A program made the position numbers and the translations under genes. Shown here one piece after another: positions 57,019 to 64,000 of a DNA stretch of 64,000 nt. Position 1 is the first letter of the stretch. The number at the start of each line of letters is the position of its first letter. The notes below the pieces were generated by a model, which was not told the DNA's origin, did not search any database, and was given only the letters and a program-made list of their open reading frames with translations. Source of the stretch: Minisyncoccia bacterium. Its GTDB lineage: Bacteria > Patescibacteriota > Minisyncoccia > Phycocordibacterales > UBA918. The DNA lies in the NCBI GenBank assembly GCA_041742075.1, contig JBGSJJ010000015.1:1132-65131 (forward strand). Reading direction: 5' to 3'.

Positions 57019-60000
57019 CTAGATGGCTCCCCCGCCGCCGCCACCCCCGCCCGTGGCCTGGTGGTAGACCCTGACTTCGATACCATCGAGCTGTAGGTCT
57101 GCAATGCTCGAGAGCACCCGGACCCGGAGGGTGGCGTCACTAAACTCGGCTGGCGTCCATGAGTGGCCCCAGGCATCGGTTGGGCCACCGAGCGTATAGA
57201 CTGCATCAGTGTTAGCTAGCGTTGGGGTGAGTTTGGTACTCGTGTAGTTTGAACCAGTGTTCCAAGATAGGTCAACCGCAATCGTCCCGGCTTGGTTTGA
57301 GTAGCGACTATCAAGCTTTACTTCGATACCGACAATCGTATTCGTGACCGGTATCGCAAAACCAAAACCGTTAAAGACATGGGTAGTTGCGCTTGGTGCT
57401 TGGGCGCGGGTGTTGTCTGAAACAAGCGCATTGCCCCCGTTTGTCCAACCACCGCTCTGGGCTGAGGGCCTAAGGAAGTTTGGGTTAGGTGCAATATTTT
57501 CTCCATCAGTTTCTTGGCCGGCTTCCCCGCCTCCTTCCTCTCCCCCGCCCGTTTGTACGCCCTGGCCGGCTGGTGGAGCACCACCAATAGACGCACTACT
57601 GCCTCCTCCACTACTACCAGTATTAGACTCACGGTTATGGTAGACCTGCGAGACTGCTCCACTCACGTTCGCTGAACCTATAATGTCTGCTGGGTAGAGC
57701 TTAAGCACTAAGGCTTCTCGCTTGTCGATATCGACGGTGTCACTCGTTACAATGAAGTTTTGCGTGGTTGAAGAAATAAACGAGGTGCTGAAGACAATTG
57801 TCCCCTGGGTCGCCGATGAAGTTGCAAACACACCGGTGCCCCCTACCTGCACGTCTCCTCCATCAAGCAGGCTATTGCTGTTGATGTCACGATAGAGTCT
57901 CAGGTCGGGAATAGAGCTGGTACTCACTCGATTGCTTATATCAGAGACTCGTAGTGTGAGTGAACTAATGGTGGTCGTGGCTGACGGCGTCAGCGAGAAA
58001 GCAAAGATTGCCACATCATTTTGGTTTTGAAAGCTAAAGACGTTACTCGGTTGCCCATCTTCATGTTCACCTAAGACGAGGTCGGGCACTGCGACATACG
58101 ACCAGTTAGTGGTATTGCCGCTATCAACGCAGCCGGTGAGGCAGCTAATCGGCGTCGTCGTAACACTAATGTTGCGTGAGTCCTGCACGTTCAAGTACGA
58201 AACCGTTGCGGTGGCGTACGGGTCAATGTAGTACTGCGTACCTGGGCTGGTCGAACGGAGAGAAAGTAGATTACCGGCGGTGCCGTTTAGCGTAAGCGTG
58301 CCTCTGGTTTCAAACTCATCACCAGCTCCAAACGTGAGGGTTGAAGAGCTGGTGACATTCTTGGTAAGGTTGAAAAAGCTCGTGGTAGCGTTGTTCTGTA
58401 TGGTCTGAGTGGTACCAGTAAGATAGACCGTACTTGTGGCAGCTCTAAAATTGCCATTAATAGTAAAGTCCCCACTGACACCAAGTGAGCTGGAAGCGAT
58501 TAAGGTCGCTCCACTATTTATGGTTAGGTTGGTAGTCGACGCATTCATTGGTAACGTGGTAGTACCGGCACTCGCTATGATAGTACCGAGGTCGCTAGTG
58601 CCGGTGAGAGTACCCGCGAGTTCCCCTGATACCCTGTACTCGTTAATCTCGACACCTGATACCCCGATAACGTATAAATTCGTACCGTCGGGATTAAAAG
58701 CAAGGCCGGTAGGAGCACCTTCTTGACTTGATACACTGAGGTTTCTTACGAAACTACCCGTCGAAACGTCCCAAGGAGTAGCAAGTGTGTACTTCACAAC
58801 CCTAGCAAACTCAACCCCTGAGACATAAAGTTCTGTGCCCAAAGCATTAAAGGCTATGCCCGATGGATATGAGTCCTGCGCCGCCACCGAGAAGGTATCA
58901 ACAAACGAACCGGTTGATACGTCCCACGGGGTACTGAGGTTGTATTCGTTAATGTCGAAGCCAGCTTCTCCAGAAACATACAACTTAGTACCATCGGGAT
59001 TAAAGGCAAGGTCCATTGGAAAAGTTTCCTGCGCCGCCACCGAGAAAGTATCAACAAACGAACCGGTTGATACGTCCCACGGGGTACTGAGGTTGTATTC
59101 GTTTATATCATTACCGAAATCACCGAGCACATAAAGTTTAGTTCCATTGGGATTGAAAGCTAAGCCGGACGGAGCAGTGTCTTGCCCCGCTACCGAGAAA
59201 GTATCAACAAACGAACCAGTTGATACGTCCCATGGGGTACTGAGGTTGTATTCAGTGATGTCGTCACCCGAAGAACCTATGACATATAACTTTGTACCGT
59301 CGGAATTAAATTCTAGGCCCATAGGAGAAGTCTCTTGTCCAGACACACTGAAAGTGTCCACAGGAGTTACTTGGTTACTGAAATACCCTTGCCCGCTTAG
59401 ATTTAGCGTACCACCATTATCACTGAAAGTTCCAGAGTTGGTCAGGTCACCGGTCGTGAGTGCTGTAGCGGGTGCGGTGAAGGAACCACCAGAAGCAATC
59501 GTAAGTTCGGAGGTCGAAGCGACGGTACTGCTTGAAACATATGAACCAATAATAGTAACACTACCGAGACTGGAAGAGCCCGTTAACGTACCATCGAGTC
59601 CCCTACCTGTTCCCGTGAGAAAAGCGAACTGTCCCGAGGTGGCGTTGTAGATACCGTCGTTGTCAAAAGAGCCACTGAAGGTAGACGAGGCAGCTGCCCT
59701 TAGGCTCGTCCCCGGCCAAACGTAGAAGGTTTGGTTACCTCGAATGTTGAGCTGGTCTTGGTTGGTACTAGTCGAAGTAGTAGTAGCACTGAACTGCAAG
59801 TCACTGTCGTTTTCAAAATCATACAAGGCAAATGGCGTCATGGTCATTTGGCTCGTAGTGGCACTTCTCGCAATCACGTGATCTTTATAGAGATTGAGTC
59901 CCGAGACACTGTTAGTTGAGGACGCTTGGTAGACCAAGGCGGCACGAACCGTGGTCGAGGCGTCTACGAAGAAGGTGTAGGTGGTCGAAGAGAGAAGCGA

Positions 60001-63000
60001 AGTCGTGTCCACACTGAAACTAAAAGCTCCGTTCGCGCTCACCGTGGTGGTTGACTGCGTACTTGGAGTAGTCGTACCGACAGCCAGTGTAATCGTATGG
60101 ACGCCAGTCCGCGGTGTCACACCCTGATCGTTGTACAGTGTTCCAGATAGAAGTATGGTCGGGGCAGCTGGTGGCGCGCCGATAGTCCACTGCGGGGTCT
60201 CTAGGTATTCGGTTAGAGCGGTGACACTACTGGTACCAAACCCCACCCGGAAGTCGTAGACTTCCCCATTGCTGGCGGTTCCGGTCGCGACCAAGCTCCA
60301 CTCAAGCTCGGTGTAGTCATCAGTTGAAATAGCAATACTGTCGGTCGGGTTTTCGTCGTCCTGAATTCGACCTTGATCGAAGTCACCAGTATTCTTACCA
60401 GTCGGTGCACTAAGTTGCGCCGTGGTTGACGCCCCCGAGGCAGCAATGTTGCTTGAGGCTCCAAACTCAATCGATGATGGAATCGTGTAGTAGACATGAG
60501 CCACAATCTGGTCAACGCGGGCAATCCGGTTAGCTCCGTTTGCTACTCCTTGCACCGCAAAGGCAAAGCCAAAGTTACCATTATTGAAGTCGGCTGGGGT
60601 CCAGGTCGTATTCCACAACGCCGTACTACTTCCATACTGCATCTGCCGATCACCAGTACCCCAGTTCGTGGTCACCGCTATGTTTGAACCCACGAGCGCA
60701 CCGTTGCGCATTAACTGCGCCGTGTTGTCACGAATTTCTCCCGCCGAACCCCCAAATCTGTGTCGCTCGATATGGACCTCAATACCAGTAATAGTAGCGG
60801 ACGTCGGAATATTGAGTCCGCCACTGGTTGACGCCACCAGATAGTTTGAAGCAGTGGTACTCGAAACCGTTAATTGCGCAAATACATTGTCCGAGCTGCT
60901 GCTATTGCCTGGATTAGTCCACGCAATCGAGCCAGCGCTGGTATTGTTGTTCCCTGTAAGCGCTGTTTGATAACTTGCTCGAACAGTGTTGGTGGTTGGT
61001 GTCTCAGCTGGTGGAATAGCGATAGTATAAGAAACCCACTGTTCAGTCGCACTGGTAAAGGTGGCTGGGTCGTGGGTACTTGACGCCGTAATGTAACGAT
61101 GAGCGGTGTTTGAGTTGGCACCATTGGTGGTACTGGCAAACTGCGTTATAAGCCCACTATATCCAGACGGTGCCACTGTCGCGGCGGTGTTGGTGCCAGC
61201 TGAAGTGTCCCCCGAACGAGTCACAATCGATAAGTAGTCACGGGCCCCGCTGGTAACTAAGTTTGGTGGATTGCTGTTTGTACCACTACCGTCAGCCGAG
61301 AAAGCGACGGGTGTACCGGCGCCACTGATGCGATACACAATATGCGTACTTTCTTCCGAAGTACCACTGGTGATGGTGAGTACTGGCGAGGTCGTGGTCG
61401 CTATCTGCCAATACACTGCTCCCGTTGTAAGATCACCGTTATAATCAACAGCAAACCTCTCCCAACCCGCTGGTTGATTAAGTGTGCTGGTACCAGCTGC
61501 TGTGTCGAGACTTATGAGTACCATCAGCAAATCCCCTACTTGTACCCCTGACGGCATAGTAATAACGTGCGCGGTTGTGTTTACATTTGACCGACCGCTT
61601 GACGTAGCTTGGATAACCGGAAATGCATCGTCAACCCCGACCGACTTCCACACGCTTGAAGAAGAAATCTTGTATTGGAGACCGAGTTGACTTACTGTGC
61701 TCGTGCTCGTGAGATCAACCAAGGTACGGAGGCGCACGTTTTGATTTACATCAGCGGTGATACTGGTATCTTGTGCTGCTTTCCAGGTTGCTGTCGTTTC
61801 TGAGCCGTCATCGTTACGGAAGCGAAAGCCTTCTTGTGCAATTGAAGACGGGGCACTATACGTACCGATGGTAAACGAAGCACTCGTATCATACGAGCTT
61901 AACGCTGTACTACTCGACTGACCAAGTCTGACTTGATAGACCTCACTTGTCGTCGCGGTACCGGTCGCCATAATACTCCACTCAAACTCGGAGTAGTCGC
62001 TCTCGGAAATAGTCACGGTGTCAGCTGGGTTCTCGTCGTCCTGGATTCGTCCAACGTCAAAGTCACTCGTACTCTTTCCGGACGGGGCGGTGAGCTTAGC
62101 GGTAGTGTTTTCTCCGGACGCAGTAATATTGCTACTTGGCGCCAGCACGATTGGTGGCGGGAGCGTGTAGTAGACCTTGAGGTAGAGATGGTCAACATTC
62201 CCAATTCGGTTGGCGCCTGAAGCTACTCCTTTGGCTGAGAACATCAAACCAAAGTCACTAGCGTTTATTTCGGCCGGTGTCCAGGTGGTTCCCCAGAGCG
62301 CTGTGCTACTTCCGTAGTTTATGTACTGCGGATTATTAAAGATAGTTCCCGCTGCTAAGTTACTACCAATCACACTGCCCGCTTTAACTAGTCGAACTGA
62401 TGAATCTTGAATTTCTCCTGTAGTACCACCATTTGAATACGTTTTTACAGCTGCCTCAATACCTACAATAGTTGCTTGCAGTGGTATAGAAAAACCAAAA
62501 GCATTAGCTTCAAGGTAGCGTGAACTAGTGACACCTGACGCAGTGAAACTAGCATAGCTCGCATCTTCATCAATAATGTTTGTCACACCACTCCAGGCGA
62601 GAGTGCCAAATGAATTGTCTTCACTTCCGACCGGATTGCTATCGAACTGGGTTCGAAGCGAACCTTTAGTTGGTGTCTCTTTCGGCGGAATCGCCATTGT
62701 GTACGTTATCCAAAATGAAGCGAGCGCAGGTACTGACTCCGGCTGTTCACTCACAGCCTCAAGATACCGATGCATAGTCTCGACACCATGTTCACCATTT
62801 ACACCATCTGCTTGTTTAAGAATAAGACCACTGTAGCCTGCTGATGGTCTCCGCAAAAGACCTACTGCACCAGAAGCGTCATAGGACCTTGCTGCTATCC
62901 ATAAATACTTTCTCTGTCCATCAGTCGTAAGCAGTGGAAAATCAGGATCAGCAGTCGTGCCTTCAAGAGCCTGCAGTACCGGATCACCCGCACCACTCAC

Positions 63001-63999
63001 TCGGTAAGCTACATACGCTGACGTATCAGCGGCCAGAGTAGTAAATGTAACAGAAGCATCAGACGTAGTTGCTCGTTTCCAATACACATCAGTGTTGTGA
63101 CTATTGGATTCTGCCTGGTCGTGCCACTTATTCCAACCAGCGCTTGATGGCGTAGTGTTACAGTTTATTGACAAGCAACTAAAAATAACAATTAACAGAT
63201 CATCTTCAACCACACCGCTCGGTAAGGTTATAGTGTGGTTAGTAACCGCGCCGACAGACGCACCACTACTCGTGGCCATGATAGTTGGAAACGAATCATC
63301 CTCAGCTAGAGTATGCCATGAACCGTCGGTTGATTTTTTGTACTGCAGGGCAAGTTGTTCAGTACGCGCTGTGCTGGAACTATTAACCAGGCCACGAAAA
63401 CGCAGGTTGCTGTTAGTTGGCCACGTGACATTAGTGTCTTGCAAGCCTAACCATGTCGCAGAGCTTTCTGAACCATTATCATTGCGGAAGCGGTGACCTT
63501 CTTGAGCAAATGGTGGTTGATACGTACCGATTGTCACCTGCGGATTAACCGCATAAGACGCCAAGGCGGTACTCGTACCAATTCCCATACGCAAGTCATA
63601 AACCTCGCCGCGGGTGGCACCTGAAAACTCAATACTCCATTCCATTTCTGCATAATCATCATTCGATATAACAATTGTATCACTTGGGTTTTCGTCATCT
63701 TGAATCCGGCCAGCATCGAAATCGCCTGAGTTTTTACCGGCTGGTGAAGTTAACTGCACAGTGGTTGAAGCTCCTGAGGCGGTTATGTTTGAGCTTGCAG
63801 AAAGTACGACTGGGCCATCTACAGTGTAGTAGACGTTCATTTGCATATAGTCAATATTAGCTTGCCTATCTGCACCACCCACATTTCCCTGAACAGCCAA
63901 TCCAATACCAAAATTATTACTATTTACCATTGCTGGTGTAAGCGCTGTACCCCAAGTGTCCGTAATTCCCCCATATTCATAATTTAGATAAACGGTATC
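57019..63999 (-). CDS. Giant (>2300 aa) Ser/Thr-rich repetitive surface protein/adhesin, 5'-truncated
   Basis: Frame stays open to the window edge (DTVYLNYEYGGITDTWGTALTPA precedes M63930). Repeated GRIQDDENP and WGTTWTPA domains, five 51-aa propeller blades, beta-helix-like stretches. Confidence 0.85.
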   Translation of the reverse strand, partial: DTVYLNYEYGGITDTWGTALTPAMVNSNNFGIGLAVQGNVGGADRQANIDYMQMNVYYTVDGPVVLSASSNITASGASTTVQLTSPAGKNSGDFDAGRIQDDENPSDTIVISNDDYAEMEWSIEFSGATRGEVYDLRMGIGTSTALASYAVNPQVTIGTYQPPFAQEGHRFRNDNGSESSATWLGLQDTNVTWPTNSNLRFRGLVNSSSTARTEQLALQYKKSTDGSWHTLAEDDSFPTIMATSSGASVGAVTNHTITLPSGVVEDDLLIVIFSCLSINCNTTPSSAGWNKWHDQAESNSHNTDVYWKRATTSDASVTFTTLAADTSAYVAYRVSGAGDPVLQALEGTTADPDFPLLTTDGQRKYLWIAARSYDASGAVGLLRRPSAGYSGLILKQADGVNGEHGVETMHRYLEAVSEQPESVPALASFWITYTMAIPPKETPTKGSLRTQFDSNPVGSEDNSFGTLAWSGVTNIIDEDASYASFTASGVTSSRYLEANAFGFSIPLQATIVGIEAAVKTYSNGGTTGEIQDSSVRLVKAGSVIGSNLAAGTIFNNPQYINYGSSTALWGTTWTPAEINASDFGLMFSAKGVASGANRIGNVDHLYLKVYYTLPPPIVLAPSSNITASGENTTAKLTAPSGKSTSDFDVGRIQDDENPADTVTISESDYSEFEWSIMATGTATTSEVYQVRLGQSSSTALSSYDTSASFTIGTYSAPSSIAQEGFRFRNDDGSETTATWKAAQDTSITADVNQNVRLRTLVDLTSTSTVSQLGLQYKISSSSVWKSVGVDDAFPVIQATSSGRSNVNTTAHVITMPSGVQVGDLLMVLISLDTAAGTSTLNQPAGWERFAVDYNGDLTTGAVYWQIATTTSPVLTITSGTSEESTHIVYRISGAGTPVAFSADGSGTNSNPPNLVTSGARDYLSIVTRSGDTSAGTNTAATVAPSGYSGLITQFASTTNGANSNTAHRYITASSTHDPATFTSATEQWVSYTIAIPPAETPTTNTVRASYQTALTGNNNTSAGSIAWTNPGNSSSSDNVFAQLTVSSTTASNYLVASTSGGLNIPTSATITGIEVHIERHRFGGSAGEIRDNTAQLMRNGALVGSNIAVTTNWGTGDRQMQYGSSTALWNTTWTPADFNNGNFGFAFAVQGVANGANRIARVDQIVAHVYYTIPSSIEFGASSNIAASGASTTAQLSAPTGKNTGDFDQGRIQDDENPTDSIAISTDDYTELEWSLVATGTASNGEVYDFRVGFGTSSVTALTEYLETPQWTIGAPPAAPTILLSGTLYNDQGVTPRTGVHTITLAVGTTTPSTQSTTTVSANGAFSFSVDTTSLLSSTTYTFFVDASTTVRAALVYQASSTNSVSGLNLYKDHVIARSATTSQMTMTPFALYDFENDSDLQFSATTTSTSTNQDQLNIRGNQTFYVWPGTSLRAAASSTFSGSFDNDGIYNATSGQFAFLTGTGRGLDGTLTGSSSLGSVTIIGSYVSSSTVASTSELTIASGGSFTAPATALTTGDLTNSGTFSDNGGTLNLSGQGYFSNQVTPVDTFSVSGQETSPMGLEFNSDGTKLYVIGSSGDDITEYNLSTPWDVSTGSFVDTFSVAGQDTAPSGLAFNPNGTKLYVLGDFGNDINEYNLSTPWDVSTGSFVDTFSVAAQETFPMDLAFNPDGTKLYVSGEAGFDINEYNLSTPWDVSTGSFVDTFSVAAQDSYPSGIAFNALGTELYVSGVEFARVVKYTLATPWDVSTGSFVRNLSVSSQEGAPTGLAFNPDGTNLYVIGVSGVEINEYRVSGELAGTLTGTSDLGTIIASAGTTTLPMNASTTNLTINSGATLIASSSLGVSGDFTINGNFRAATSTVYLTGTTQTIQNNATTSFFNLTKNVTSSSTLTFGAGDEFETRGTLTLNGTAGNLLSLRSTSPGTQYYIDPYATATVSYLNVQDSRNISVTTTPISCLTGCVDSGNTTNWSYVAVPDLVLGEHEDGQPSNVFSFQNQNDVAIFAFSLTPSATTTISSLTLRVSDISNRVSTSSIPDLRLYRDINSNSLLDGGDVQVGGTGVFATSSATQGTIVFSTSFISSTTQNFIVTSDTVDIDKREALVLKLYPADIIGSANVSGAVSQVYHNRESNTGSSGGGSSASIGGAPPAGQGVQTGGGEEGGGEAGQETDGENIAPNPNFLRPSAQSGGWTNGGNALVSDNTRAQAPSATTHVFNGFGFAIPVTNTIVGIEVKLDSRYSNQAGTIAVDLSWNTGSNYTSTKLTPTLANTDAVYTLGGPTDAWGHSWTPAEFSDATLRVRVLSSIADLQLDGIEVRVYHQATGGGGGGGGAI
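58630..59370 (-). repeat. 153-bp tandem coding repeat (beta-propeller blades)
   Basis: Conserved block recurs at 58887, 59040 and 59193 (period 153); LSTPWDVSTGSFV motif. Confidence 0.85.
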
Positions 64000-64000
64000 C

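Noticed and set aside
58630-59370. Diversity-generating retroelement target
   Set aside because: No reverse transcriptase or non-coding template repeat in the window, and the differences are not adenine-specific.

Overview
Chromosomal segment of a small-genome bacterium, most likely Patescibacteria/CPR of the Parcubacteria type. This is an inference from compact RpoB/PheS/PheT/SMC/EF-Ts, a split transketolase, scattered type IV pilins, a giant surface protein and mostly SD-less genes. The standard code 11 fits. Core genes, mostly on the minus strand: rpoC (partial), rpoB, trmD, khpA, rpsP, rnr, smc, rnc, nusB-Nudix, rpmF, rnhB, dnaE, thrS (T-box), gyrB, pheT, pheS, tRNA-Thr(TGT), tsf, rpsB, prfA, rpmE, rplY, a pfkB kinase, tkt, rpe, rpiB and gap. 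Most interesting features: (1) a five-gene surface operon (>2300-aa repeat adhesin, two paralogous WxL/Csu-like subunits, a DUF916-like membrane-anchored chaperone candidate, an FN3/Ig anchor), possibly an usher-less fimbrial system. (2) A sortase next to a VPYTG substrate with a ~265-aa cytoplasmic tail. (3) A 704-bp mazEF-type cassette inserted in the trmD 3' end, leaving a second in-frame trmD tail. (4) Two unexplained structured RNA candidates: a 200-nt rod upstream of rpoB and a ~440-nt GC-rich region between rpmF and rnhB. (5) Two dispersed palindrome families, one also lying in frame within coding sequence. (6) SD-led solo ORFan cassettes, one a stand-alone RNAP alpha-CTD, within an otherwise leaderless-like genome. 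All calls are by eye; no database searches or folding programs were run.
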